Origin: Adineta vaga
Lineage: Eukaryota; Animalia; Rotifera
Direction of reading: 5' to 3'
Assembly (NCBI GenBank): GCA_021613535.1
Contig: CP075494.1
Coordinates: forward strand, 4,154,001-4,218,000
Length of the DNA: 64,000 bases
Below the pieces are notes generated by a model. It was given only the letters and a program-made list of their open reading frames with translations, did not search any database and had not been told where the DNA came from. Made by a program: the position numbers and the translations under genes. This document shows positions 39,269 to 51,927 of the stretch, piece by piece; position 1 is the first letter of the stretch, and each line of letters opens with the position of its first letter.

Positions 39269-41128
39269 ATGTTCGACATCGCGGAAATTTTCGAAATAGT
39301 TCCTTTCTATTTTCTTAATAATTATATTTTAGAGCTCGGAAAAACTAGTTGGTTTTGTTGTAAGAAATCAAGATATGATTGGTTTGACATTTTTCTGCGG
39401 AATATGTTCACTCATATTACGTGATCCTGTACAATTGCTTTGTTCTCATCGACAATGTAAATCTTGTGTGGAATCAAGCGATGGGTAAGAATATCGATCT
39501 ATCATGATATACTTCGTATTAAAATCTACCTATTTATTTACAAGGGAAACGATAAAATGTTCAGAATGTGATAAAAATAGTGCAAAGAAAACAGTTAAAA
39601 TAAAAACATTGTTTTCATTCCATTATGTTCATCATCCATTTTGTTTTTCTAGGTCTTTCTCGATAAGGGTTTCAAAAATGATATGAAAACATTGAAAATT
39701 GTTTGTTTTCTTTGCGGATGGAGTGGATTATTGAATGATTATGAGGTATAAATTAACGCCAATCAGTGTGTCGTCTATTGCTCTTTAATAAAGTAGTTTC
39801 TAATGAATTATTTTGCTTTAGAACTTATGTCATTAATCTTCTCAACATAGATGTTTTTTTATTTTTATAAGAACCATCTTGAGGAAAAGCATCCCAATCC
39901 ATCATGTGAATCTTGCGGCGACAGCTTCGATTCGGTGAATAGTCTTGTTTTGCATCAACAAAATGAATGTGACAAAAAACTTGTTGCTTGTTCTCTGAAA
40001 GATTTCGGCTGTTTTGAGCCGATAGAACGAGTACATATGCAGGATCATTATCTATCGGAACGACATCAAAACGCAATAGGTACTTGTGTACGTTATATCA
40101 TATTCAAACTCACAGATCGTCAGAAACAAAATGAGTTGACAATGGATATTGGCAAAGAGCCTCATCCAGTTACGACCATGACAACAACAATGAATACAAC
40201 TACTCAGTTTCAAACAGTATATGAAACAATTAATGTTCTTGCTGACGGAATTCAAGTGTTGAATGAAGATACGCAACGGCTAAGTGATAAATCACTTAGA
40301 GTGAATAATGATATAACGCATTTACACCAAGATCTTGAAACAGTTAAACTGAGCGTTCAAGAACAGAATATATTTTTGAGTGGAATCAAACCTAGTCAAG
40401 ATATTCTTAGTCAAGATGTCGCATCACTCAAAGAAAAGATCAATGATATGCAAAGTGTTTCTTATGATGGAACATCTATTTGGAAAATAAGAGCAGTTGC
40501 AGAGAAAATGAGTAAAGTTTTTTTTTGGCTTTTCTATTTCTATTCCTTTGAATTCAATGATCTATTTGTAGATGATGCACAATCAGAGCGACAAACTTCA
40601 ATTTATTCTCCACCATTCTATTCATCAATTACAGGATACAAGATGCGAGCACGTTTGTATCTTCATGGAGATGGAAATGCTCGTCGTACACACATGTCTT
40701 TATTTTTCGTTCTAATGCGAGGTAAACACGACCATCTCTTAAGATTTCCATTCTCGTACAAAGTAACCTTTTGTCTGTACGATCAAACACCTGCACAAAG
40801 ACATATCATCGATTCGTTTCGACCTGATATAAAATCGAATAGTTTTCAACGACCACGATCTGAGATGAATATTGCTAGTGGAATACCTAAATTTGTTCCA
40901 TTGGCAATAGTTGAACAGGAAGGAAATTCATATATTCGTGATGATACAATGTTTATCAAAATAATGGTTGATTTTGGTGATTTACCTAAAACTATCTTAC
41001 CGTACGCATTGAGTCTTAATCCTGGATTACCAATGAACGTTCAACAACAAATGATTACACACGAAACAAAACGACAATCAAAACAGAAGGATACGACAAT
41101 CAATCTTTGTACCACAATTAATCATTAA
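39269..41128 (+). CDS. TNF-receptor-associated factor (TRAF): RING, zinc finger, coiled coil, MATH
   Basis: RING exon (CGICSLILRDPVQLLCSHRQCKSC) from 39333, TRAF zinc finger, MATH motifs (SPPFY, GYKM, HMSLFFVLMRG, NIASGIPKF). In-frame 60-nt intron ~40512-40571. Start codon tentative. Confidence 0.9.
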
Positions 41129-41899
41129 CATATTCAAGTCTCTTTTAGCGATCCGACACTATTTACTCCCGAAGAAAAACATTTTTCTCCTTAAACAAGA
41201 TTAATTTAAAAATGTCAATGAACACTAATGATAAAATTATCAGTATGATGAAGTTCACATCATCTTTTCGTTCAAATGTTTTCTTTCTAAATCAGTCACA
41301 AAATATAATCAAGAGAGAATACGCTGAAATGACTCAACAATAACTTATATATGTTTCAGTAAACATTTCTGTAAAATTGAAAATATTTCGCTAAATGAAA
41401 AACGAAATGTTGAGTGGTAAACAATTCATATAATTCGTGATGAAAAGATTCGAAAATACTTGATCTACTGCTTAAAAAGATTGATGAGAGACTGAAGAGT
41501 TCTTCATATTAACGCAGTAGAATAAAACAAGATTTTTAATCAAAAAGAAAACATATTCATTTAAGAGTTTCATTTAGTAGAGAGAAAATAAGTATGTATG
41601 AGGTATTTTAAACAGGGTATTCGTAGAAGTGTTTCTATTCTTTTGTTAATCGTTTCACACTCGTAAATCAATAAATACAACGACGAGGTAAATTCGTACG
41701 TCTTCGTGGATCAATTACCGTTGTGGTTGACAATTCCAGTACCATTTTTGTAGCTAACTTAAGAAATTATCGAGTAATATTATATTGATCAAATTCAGCA
41801 GTGGGAAACATAATAATCAACGACACTTCCGGCACGGAGCTAAATCGATTCTCGTCAAGTAAGTATATTATACTCATTAACTCATGTTCCTATTAAATT

Positions 41900-42330
41900 G
41901 TTTTTCTGTCTTTCAGTGGCAAGTATGAGTATGAACACGAATGATGATATCTATATATTAGATAATAAACTTGCATGTTTGACCAAATGGGCAGCAGAAG
42001 TTGAAACAGGTTCTATGGTTACTGATCGTGGCGCATTCATCTATTATTACAATGGTTATATGGGAATGTTTGTTAAATCATAAACACTTATTTTTTGCAT
42101 TTCTGATACAGACAATCATCGAATTCAAATGTGACTTCGCCTGGAGCTATCAATGGTATAACTGTAGCTAGTAAAACACGTGTCTCCAGTAGTGCACTAA
42201 TAATCAATTGAATACTCCGATAAAATTAATTGTAGACAGAAGTGGATCAATGCATACGGGAGAGACAGGAAATAATCGAATCATGTTTTGAATGACTGGT
42301 TCTACTATATGGCATAGCCATTGTTGGCAG
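41900..42330 (+). pseudogene. NHL-repeat (beta-propeller) gene remnant
   Basis: ISDTDNHRIQM*, GAINGITVA, NQLNTP, ETGNNRIMF* with stops and frameshifts. Confidence 0.7.
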
Positions 42331-42930
42331 TCAGAATAAGTGTATTCAAAATTTTCTTGTTATCTGTTGTAAGTTTAACTTGCTTTTATCTGAGGGAGTT
42401 TTATTTTGCACAAATATTGTTTTCTAGCATCCATCATGATAACGACAATAACAATAATACTAATGCCATTGAGCACGACATCAATTGTTATAACAACATC
42501 AAGTAAGAATACTTAAGTTATATGATATTTTTGTCTGCATTGGCACCATCATGACTGTTCAATCAAACACATACCCTATAACATTAGCAAGTAAGTGAAC
42601 AACTCGTTAGAGAAGATTAATGGCAGGAAGGGGTACAGCGTAAATATAAGTGTGCATCATAACCACGTGACTAATTGTTCTACTTAGAACAATTCAAAAT
42701 ATAAATAATCTTTTCTAACTAGATAATTCAACAATCGTTTTGCCATCGTTAAAAAGAGATATGCGACTTCCACAACAACATCAACAACACTCTCAAGATT
42801 GATCCACATATATTTAACTTCAAACATATGTTATATTGTTTTCTCTCTACCAATATTTATTTTTATTATTATATAATAAAAGAAATATATATTCTTGTTT
42901 TGATTAAGTAAGAAAATCATATTTAGTAAA

Positions 42931-43559
42931 TTATTTTCCATAAGGACGTCTTGCATCGCCTTTTTCGCCACCTTTTCTATCATTTCCTTTTCTTGTTTGT
43001 CCCTTTTCATGCTTTCCTTTAGTTGATGGACGTGCATTGTTTGTATGTTCTTTGCCACCACCTCTAGTTCGCGAACCGCCACGAGCTCTTTTCACTCGAT
43101 ATCTAAAATACATTTATTAGAGTTATTTGGATTTTTTATACGCATGTTTCCTTCTCTATTCAATTATAACAGAATTTTCGCAGGAAATAAAGACGTCTGC
43201 TTGTCATGCTTCAATACAAAGAAAACTATAAAGTTCCATGAGAATGACTTACTGTGTAGAAGAAGGATGTTCAAGATACAGTGTTTCAAATTGATCATTG
43301 ATGGCAACATTTAGTAATTCTATAGAAATATAAAACATGTTATCGAGGTCATAGTCCGAAAATAGAAGAAGACAAATTGACGTGTTTCACAGGAAACAAG
43401 TTGTCTTCCATCGACTGATTCATAGCATGTGCTTTTGAAAGAGACATGATATTTTTTTATATTCAATACTGTACCTGCAGTTTCTTGTTCATTCGATTCT
43501 GCAGCAAAATTAGCAATAATTAGTATTGCAACAATGAACATGGATAGTAAATATCGCAT
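42931..43559 (-). CDS. Secreted prepropeptide (138 aa): signal peptide, pro-region, RVKR furin site, 51-aa cationic peptide ending YGK
   Basis: Exons 43559-43382, 43319-43253 and 43102-42931 splice in frame (417 nt) via GT-AG introns. Confidence 0.8.
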
Positions 43560-44160
43560 TATACCAGTTGAAACTTACACAAGTTAAATATAAAGAAGAA
43601 GTGAAGAGTGTTATTTTTTGATGAAATTTATATACAATTTCTAATTTGCGTAATCGATCGCATAGAACATTCCATCATACTTTATCAAAAGGTCGAAATT
43701 TAATATTTTCTTTATTTCTTCTGTGTATTTATACAATCTATGAATCATTTAAGTTCGATATCTATAGATATTTCACTTCTGTTTGTTTAGTTCTAATGGG
43801 AAGTACTCCATATTTTCTATTGTGATGGAAATACATCTCAGTCGTTAAAAATAGGCAATATGGATTTTATACTGTTATGATAGAAATATTAATAGCATCA
43901 TTAACGCTGTTCTTAACATCGAATCATTCCTAAACGTACATTCCAGTGCGTGCTAGTGATAATTTGTTCTGCAGTAAAAAAACACGTGGCTGCGTTTTTT
44001 CTTTCTAGTCACATGTTACTGTGATAAAATTTTGTTGTAATTACGAAACACTGCACTGTAGTTGTGACAGATTTTTATTGCAAATACGAAAAACTGTGTT
44101 ATATTGATGTGTAATTACGAGAGGACAGTTGCAGTTGTATATAAATACACTGTTATTTGA

Positions 44161-44250
44161 TCTTGAGGGTTTGTGTGTGTGTGAATGAATTTCGCATCTG
44201 AATCTACACTCATATCCACATAGGTATTCTCGCCCGCATCCTCATCCAAC
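44161..44250 (+). repeat. Dispersed short TCTTGAGGGTGTG-type element
   Basis: Shares its 5' end with the copies at 52851-52901 (minus) and 55951-56005. Confidence 0.5.
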
Positions 44251-44389
44251 ATTCTTTTCTTACTGTTGTATTTGATTCTTTGTATAATAGAGTCATTTTT
44301 TTATGCTTACTCTTCCTTTTAGATTTTTGATAGACATATAATTGTGATAGAATAAATTTAGAATCATCTATATCAAGCAAGACCTCGTA

Positions 44390-45346
44390 ATGAAAGTAAA
44401 GTACATTAATATTCATGCTAGTGATCTATTAAACACCGCCAATGTTATGTCAGTAGCACCGATTCGAGAAATCGATGATGAAATCGTTCTATGGCGTCCC
44501 TTCTTCGATGTTCTTTCACAACCAGTTCAAGACTATCTAGTTACCCTCAAGTATAAAGTAGAAGATGATTTTGCAATTCCTTATGTATCCAAAACTCCAA
44601 TGTCTGACGAATTGAATCACTTGTTGATGTTATATAACGAATCCTTCGATTACCAACATCATCATGATGAGAAAACGATGGGACTTGCTAACATCATACC
44701 TGTACCTAAGCAATATAAAGACGAAATGACTGAAATCACGAACATTCGTCTACAAAGTGATCGCCCGATTAAGAACTTTCTTCAACACGATGCATTTGAA
44801 TATTTACTCCCGTTGATAAGAAGGGCCATGGTTTCTCATCCAAACTGGTTCGTAAAATTATCCGCACAATCAAGTAAACATGATATCAATATCAAAAGTG
44901 TTAGCACTGCTGAAGATGTATTGGATATAATCACAAAAAGTCCTACACTATACAAAGTCGAATGGCAACGGCAAAATAAGTCAACTTACATTATTCTTAA
45001 ACCATGGAATCCCTTGATTAGTAAATATAATGAATTCCGTTTATTCGTATGGGGAAATAAAATCACAGCGGCTACACAACAACATTGGTATGTATCGTTG
45101 GATCATTCACAAGAATATACTGACACAGTCATGAAAGTTATCAATGACTATAGACATTCTCCAAAACTACCCGCAAATTGTGTACTAGACGTAATCATAT
45201 TAGAAAATGCAACACTACTAATCATTGAGCTTAATCCATGGATTTGCTCTGGCAGTGGTTTATTCGAATGGGCAATGGATTACAAAGTACTATTCGGTCT
45301 TGAAGAAAACTCAGAGTTAAGACTTGCAAACATGAGTGTGTCGTGA
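44390..45346 (+). CDS. Cdc123/R2K-clade ATP-grasp protein, intronless
   Basis: WFVKLSAQSSKHD, LKPW, EFRLFV, TQQ, IIELNPW and SGSGLFEW motifs. Confidence 0.8.
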   Translation: MKVKYINIHASDLLNTANVMSVAPIREIDDEIVLWRPFFDVLSQPVQDYLVTLKYKVEDDFAIPYVSKTPMSDELNHLLMLYNESFDYQHHHDEKTMGLANIIPVPKQYKDEMTEITNIRLQSDRPIKNFLQHDAFEYLLPLIRRAMVSHPNWFVKLSAQSSKHDINIKSVSTAEDVLDIITKSPTLYKVEWQRQNKSTYIILKPWNPLISKYNEFRLFVWGNKITAATQQHWYVSLDHSQEYTDTVMKVINDYRHSPKLPANCVLDVIILENATLLIIELNPWICSGSGLFEWAMDYKVLFGLEENSELRLANMSVS

Positions 45347-45444
45347 TCAGTTCATTGAGAATTCGTGACACGTATCTTTTCTACATTTATTTTAGAAACA
45401 AAAATATCGTATAGAAAGTCAAATACTTTAAGGTTGAGCTTGAT

Positions 45445-46487
45445 TCAGCGTCCACTATCTATCACGATTTGTATTTCGACATGGTTTGGAACAATCCGAT
45501 TTTGTCGACATCGATTGATATAAATATCATACAAGACATATTTTGCTTGACGACGAAATCGTTTCGATACACAAACATAAGTGAAGAATGAATTCTAAAG
45601 AAAAATGGTGAAGAGAAGTTGAAAATATTCATTGAATAAAAACTTCTTACACCATGGGTTACAATAAATAACGTAAAAGTAAAAGCATTGATAAGATTCA
45701 ACTGAGCAAGAAAAACAGGATCATAACTTGTATTTAATGATGAAAATGCATTTGAAATCAAAAATGGAATATAAGTACAAACATAAACACAAATTTCCAC
45801 TAGAACCATCACTGTTAATTGTTTATCTAATTCACGTCGAATAAGTGGATTTGTTCGCGTTGTTAATGTTCGTGCATTTCGAAAAGACATGATACCAAAT
45901 ATTACTGCAATCAATGGTAGAACAGTTCCAAATGTAAAAAAATATCCATAAACATAATATTGAAGAAAAGTAGGATTTGATGAAATACAAGTAGCTGTGT
46001 TTGATGATGATAATTGATTGAAAAAGATCAGAAAAGATATTGCATGAAGCATGCAAATAATGGTAATGATTATTGTAACACGATGAGCAACTTTAATATT
46101 TGACCATTTTTGCCAATAAGGTCGAGAACAAGTGGCAAAATACTGATCAATTACCGCTAGGCATAAACATATAATTGCACTTAAATAACTGAATCCAATA
46201 AGGGAAGTTCGAAGTCGACAGAAATAAAATAAAACCGATGTCCAATTAATAGGAAATGCCATTGACATAACGTTGAATGATACACCGAATAACAATCGAA
46301 TGAAATTAAATGAGGACATTGACATCAAATAAAATGCACAAGAATTTTGTCGAAATGTTTTCAGACTAAGAAAAACAATGACACTAAATAGTTCACTGGT
46401 AATACCAAGAATACAAATTGGAATTGCAACATATGTTGAAAATAGTGATCTGGCATTAAAAAGTGATGTGATATATTCGGAACTCAT
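45445..46487 (-). CDS. Rhodopsin-like GPCR, 2 exons
   Basis: Seven hydrophobic segments with CAFYL, CLAVIDQY and RRELDKQLT. Intron ~45596-45650. Tail RFRRQAK. Confidence 0.88.
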
Positions 46488-47529
46488 CTTGAAAATTTTG
46501 CAATGGAATATGGTGAGAATGCTGATGCTTATGAAATAGTTTTGTCTATTTTTTTGATGGAAAAAGAAGATTTTTTCATACGGAATAATGAAAAAAGTGG
46601 TCGTCATTATGTTTCTATAAATATTTTCTAACAATTATGTATCGAGTTAAAAAGTCATGAAATAATTATATATTTTTACAAGCGGTGTTTTGTGTTCTAT
46701 AGCTCTATAGTTTAATCACGTTGAAAACACATACAAGAAAAAGATGTGCCCTTTTGAAACCTTCGGTACTGCGATAATATGACAATGTCATGAGATAATG
46801 AAAATATTTTGCTTCTGCTTTCTCTTATAATTTCTACAGTATTGTATCTATGATAAATGAATGAAATTTTAAATGAAAATATATCATTTAAAATTGGCAT
46901 TGAATAATACATGTATATGTAATGTTAAAATGATTATCTATTCAGATTAGCTGATATTGCCTCGATCAATATTTTGACATTATATTTGTTCAAAGTGCGT
47001 TATTTTTGTATACCTTCAGATACAAAACTGTGTTGAGTAGTGTTTGAATTTGTAAAAAAAATAACACGCAATATGTCAGCAAAATTTGAAATACACATTT
47101 ATCTTTCATATTCGTCTACAAGCACACTATTAATCCTTCAAATACCTTTAAGTACTAGTGTCATTAAAGGTCATTTCACCTGTATTGCATGATCGTATCA
47201 ACTAAGTCATATTTGCGCGCAATTGCAGAAAACAGTATGGAAGACAGAAGAAAACCTGAACTCTATTGTATGAGTAATTAACTAATAAGATATGAGACGA
47301 TGAACATTCATATGTAATTGTAGGGCAAAATATACTACTTTTATTATAGAGACGATAATGAGATTAACGAAAAATAGAAAATTTAAAACCAATGCGAATA
47401 AACAAAGAGAGGTGGGGTTAAAAGCGATATGAACATCAAATAGTTATTGTTAGTAGTATTGCAATTTGTTATGAATAAATAAGATGAATATGATAAGAGA
47501 AAAGAGCCTGAATTACAATTGTGAACCAA

Positions 47530-47862
47530 TTAAATCTTTCTGACTTCAATCTGTTGGCTTCTAGCATTTGTTCTTGTATCATAACGATATAACAGTTTGT
47601 CGTTATCACCTGTAATCTCGGCGCTTAATGTAAAACCATAATCAGGCACTTTACTTGCTACTTCTTCGTCATATTCGACATTGAAACTTATTGGAAATGC
47701 ATCTCCTTTTTTCAAAGCTATTGTTTGTTCACCAAGGGTAATAGATGGTGCATCCATGCGAGCAGTATTCTGGACCTTTACTGTTAATGTTTCATTGCCG
47801 TTGAATGTAACAGCTTCACAACCATTTTTTCCAATAACGACGCCTGTTGCTTTTCCGGACAT
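47530..47862 (-). CDS. YbaY/YscW-pilotin-like protein lacking a lipoprotein signal
   Basis: LTVKVQNTARMDAPSITLGEQ, FPISFNVEYD and LSAEI...KLLYRYDT follow the YbaY family pattern. Confidence 0.75.
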   Translation of the reverse strand: MSGKATGVVIGKNGCEAVTFNGNETLTVKVQNTARMDAPSITLGEQTIALKKGDAFPISFNVEYDEEVASKVPDYGFTLSAEITGDNDKLLYRYDTRTNARSQQIEVRKI

Positions 47863-48204
47863 TTTTATTTTTAAACGATGTGACTTTATGTGCACAAGGA
47901 CAGATCGAAACGTATGAGTATTTACACGGCAGTATCTTTCTTTTCTTTCTCCGCGTGGCGTTCGAGGGACACTTTACTTTTATCCATACGTTTTTTTTAT
48001 CTCGAAAAGGATGAATAGAAATAATTTGCAATTAGTTTTTTTTCGGATTTTGCAAGTATACGTCATAGAAATAAATATTATATTTAAAGGGTTAACTATT
48101 CTTTAGAACTTGTATATGCTTAATACTTTGTGTAAAAAAAGTTTCATTCTAAAAATAATTTATCGATAATAGAGTTTTTTTATCCTTCTAGCAAGGTGTC
48201 TAAC

Positions 48205-48423
48205 TTACTTGCAGTGGATGATCTCGATATTCTACAAGTGTTCAATGATAGTATGAATATAATTTTTTGCACTTTCGATATATGATTTCATCGAACCTGT
48301 ACAATCCAGTGCAAACGCATGATCTAAATGGATTTCTTCTAAGAAAATCTTGCTGAGAATGGGCAAATCATGTTTAGTTAATTCAAGTCGAGCCACTTTT
48401 TCGATTTCAATAGATGAAGACAT
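48205..48423 (-). pseudogene. Orphan first exon of a vWA-domain (vwkA-like) gene
   Basis: MIDAS-like ALDCTGSM..YI, then a stop and a splice donor. No downstream exons. Confidence 0.55.
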
Positions 48424-48708
48424 ACAAATTTGTCTAACTCAATAAAAAAAGAAGTAAATATCTGAAATATACGTATAGTTGCACTTTATGTACCATTTTG
48501 TACTACTTGTTTTTATATTGAGTTATGCAAGCTATTTTATTATGAGCAGTGAGTCATAGGGAATCATAAGGGTGAGAGCGAGGATGTGAATCAGAGTTCA
48601 GCCTCACACCCTCGCAAGTTATATAATTCTTTTTCATGTCAATATCTTTTTATTTAAACATTCTAGGCAATAAACAGCGTGATTAAATAAATAAAAAAAG
48701 AACTATTT

Positions 48709-49135
48709 TTATAACATTTCTAATAAAGATGATTGTTTATTCAGTAAATCATCTTGTTTTGTAAGAATATCTTTTGGGGATCCATAATCTTGAATTAATC
48801 CTTTATTCATAACAAGAATTTCATCACTATCCATAATTGTATTTAATCGATGTGCAATTGTTAAAATAGTTTGATTATGAAATTTCTCTCGTAGAATTTC
48901 TTGAATAATTTCATCTGTTTTTCCATCGACATGTGCAGTTGCTTCATCAATTAATAAAATTTTACTTGGTTTCAAAATCGCTCGTGCAACACATATCAAT
49001 TGACATTCACCGACACTAAAATTACTTCTATATTCTGCTATTTGAATATCTAAATTCTCAATTTTAGTCTTCAATTGAACAGCTTCTAATGCTTTCCTTA
49101 ATTGTTCATCGGTATAGTGTTGAAATGGATATATG
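48709..49135 (-). pseudogene. C-terminal NBD2 fragment of an ABCC/MRP transporter
   Basis: NFSVGECQLICVARAIL, LLIDEATAHVD and LTIAHRLNTI. Upstream gene body absent. Confidence 0.8.
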
Positions 49136-50287
49136 TATCCAACGATACCAAACAGATTCCGCCCAATCTAATGCATTCGGTTTACAATTATTTGAAGAGA
49201 TTTCTTTTGTTTTTTCTTCCGTCATGTTTGAAGAATAAGAATATCTGAAATAAGTATAAACAGATTTGTCTGTTCGATACGTTTTAATATATGAAGAGAA
49301 GACGAATGAAAATAAACGGTCAAAGGTCGTTTAGTCGTTCGATAAGTTCGTTGATTTTATTTTTAAACAATTGGATAAAAAAAATCGAATCGTTCTTCTT
49401 TAAATTGGAGAATCAAAGGGTTTTATAGATTTATGATCATCATGATAAAATGTATACCTTGTTTTATAATCTTTTATATTCACTTATGTTTTTTTTTACT
49501 TTATGGAAGATCATGAGAGAACAAAATCGAATTATTAACGATATTTATTTGTTCTTATATATTTCAAATATTAAATGAGATAATGCCATGACTTATTCAG
49601 ATTTTCTGTTTATACAAATTGATCAAATCATTATATCGAGTTCATTTTTGATAGAGATTTATTGAATAAATCTTGTTTTTGAGATATATATGATAACAAA
49701 TAAAATATAGTCGAGAGAATTATTTTATCTGCTAAGAAAATGAAATTTAATCTTTTCCCTATTGTCTGAATTTCAAACTGTAAGAAATAATTCTTTATAT
49801 TATTCAATGAGAAGGGAACATAAAGTGGTGAACAGATCGTTAAATGATATTTCGATGATAACAACAGTTATTGTTGGAAATGGTATTAAAGATTCTGCTT
49901 TGGGTCTGCTTAATATCTATCTTCGAATCTTCATTGATGAGAACTTTGATTTATATGTGATATTCATGAATTCGTGTTATTTATATCTTTCAAGATGGAA
50001 GAAAATGATGAGAAAGGAATATATCTATATACATAGATAATCTTATTAAGCCTTCGAAGAGAAAAGTTAATCTATTTTTATACTATTGTGTAATTCATTA
50101 ATTTATGATAGAATTTTCATGAAAAATTCAAGCTGATATTTTCAAATTCTTTTTACTCTTCTCACATTTGACTGGACTCTTTCTTTCGCTCAATATGTTA
50201 CCTAAATATACTAACTATATTTACATAAACAGATCTTTCTTTCGATAAAATAATCGATCTTTCAATCTTCATCAACGAAGAATTCAG

Positions 50288-50933
50288 TTAAACTACTGTC
50301 TGTTGTGGTACCAGCCCTCGCATTGCTTCATCGTACGTAGGAGGTGGAACTTCGAAAATCGTTGTTGAAAATTGTTCATTTCGATTAGTTACTATTGATG
50401 GTGATTGATGTTGATGTGCATTCATACTCTTTTGGTAACAACATCGTCCAAATGCATGAAGTAATATTGCGGGAATAAGTAACATGTATCCAATTAATAA
50501 TAAATGATGTGCTTTTGATTTCGATGGTTTATTCCATTGCCAAGATCCTTGACGAATGAATTGTTTATTTGATGGACCATAACATAAATATATTCCATTG
50601 ATCTACAAACAATCAACATCATTAAATAAATAAGAAAAAGAGAATTTTTACTTTAAATTTATCCATTTCAATCAAAGTTGATTGATTTGTTCTTGTTACA
50701 ACTGATGCAATTGACACATCAACTAACATTTGATTTTTATCCATTGCCGTAACATTCCAATGAAAATAAATCATTTCATATCTTTCTATTGTGTTAATAC
50801 CTTTCAAATAGCATTCATATTCTTTGAAATAGTCCACTTTTCTTCGTTCATTCGAGCTCCACACAAGCAAAATCAATGCACAAGTATACAAAACGATAAT
50901 CACACTCAAAACATAAAATCGTCTACCATCCAT
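50288..50933 (-). CDS. Two-TM membrane protein with a C-terminal PPxY motif, 2 exons
   Basis: TM, Cys-containing loop, TM topology. Intron ~50603-50651. PPPTYDEA motif. Confidence 0.7.
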
Positions 50934-51039
50934 GTTTAATCTCGATAATATAACTTATACGATTATTCTTTCATCCTATTGTATAAACCTTAAAGGAGAA
51001 GAAAAACGCGTCGTGCATCAATGACGATACGATAAACAC

Positions 51040-51927
51040 ATGACAATATTTGATATGGCGACGAAGACGAATAGTTATTTATTTAATATCAATAACTTAA
51101 ATTCTGATGAACAGACGAAATTTCATACAGTTTATAATGATTTAAAATCTCGTTATCAATCTTATTCGGAATATAAACGAAATTTAATTGGAAAAGATCG
51201 ATTTAATGAACAAGAAGAAGAGAATGAATGGTGTTATGAATTGTTTCGATTTCTTCGTGCTCGAAAATGGAATATTTCAAATACGATTAAATCTCTTCTT
51301 GAAATGATCCAATGGAGAATTGATAATCATGTTGATTCGATTCTTTATAATCCATCTGTTCAACAACGAATGGATCATTTTCGAAAATGTGTTCCAAGTA
51401 TTTACCATGGTTTTACTAAAGTTCAACGACCCATCTATATGGAAAAAACTGGTCAAATCGATATTGATGAAACTGTGAATAAATTTACTAATGAAGAATT
51501 AATTCAATGTCATATTTATTGGTTAGAATATAGTTGTCATCTAGCTCGTGAACATAGTCGACAGATTAGACAACATATTGAAAGTATTGCATGTATTTAT
51601 GATTTACATGGATTAAAAATGGAGGTTAGAAAATTACTAAATACATGCAAGCAATGTCTTTACATTGATGATAATTATTATCCTGAACGTTTAGGACAAT
51701 TATTTGTTGTAAATCCACCGACGATATTTCCCGCACTTTGGAATTTAGTTAAACATTTTATTGATCCAGTAACGAAAAGAAAAATTATGGTTTTAAAGAA
51801 GGGAAACGAAACAACGATGACTTTATTACAACATATTGATTCAGATCAATTACCATGTGAATATGGAGGAACATGTCGAACCTGTTCAACTTCTCCGGAT
51901 TGTCTTCCTATTCATCAGTCGAAATGA
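51040..51927 (+). CDS. SEC14/CRAL-TRIO lipid-binding protein
   Basis: LFRFLRARKW, DLHGL, NYYPERLG, FIDPVTKRKI and LPCEYGG motifs. Confidence 0.93.
   Translation: MTIFDMATKTNSYLFNINNLNSDEQTKFHTVYNDLKSRYQSYSEYKRNLIGKDRFNEQEEENEWCYELFRFLRARKWNISNTIKSLLEMIQWRIDNHVDSILYNPSVQQRMDHFRKCVPSIYHGFTKVQRPIYMEKTGQIDIDETVNKFTNEELIQCHIYWLEYSCHLAREHSRQIRQHIESIACIYDLHGLKMEVRKLLNTCKQCLYIDDNYYPERLGQLFVVNPPTIFPALWNLVKHFIDPVTKRKIMVLKKGNETTMTLLQHIDSDQLPCEYGGTCRTCSTSPDCLPIHQSK

Noticed and set aside
43432-43474. Extra 43-nt intron in the prepropeptide gene
   Set aside because: Splicing it breaks the frame to the downstream exons, whereas read-through stays open. RNA-seq should confirm.
25762-45346. Complete MAA cluster with the 44.4-kb ATP-grasp as MysC
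   Set aside because: That protein has Cdc123/R2K motifs, not MysC motifs. No DDG synthase or O-methyltransferase is present.
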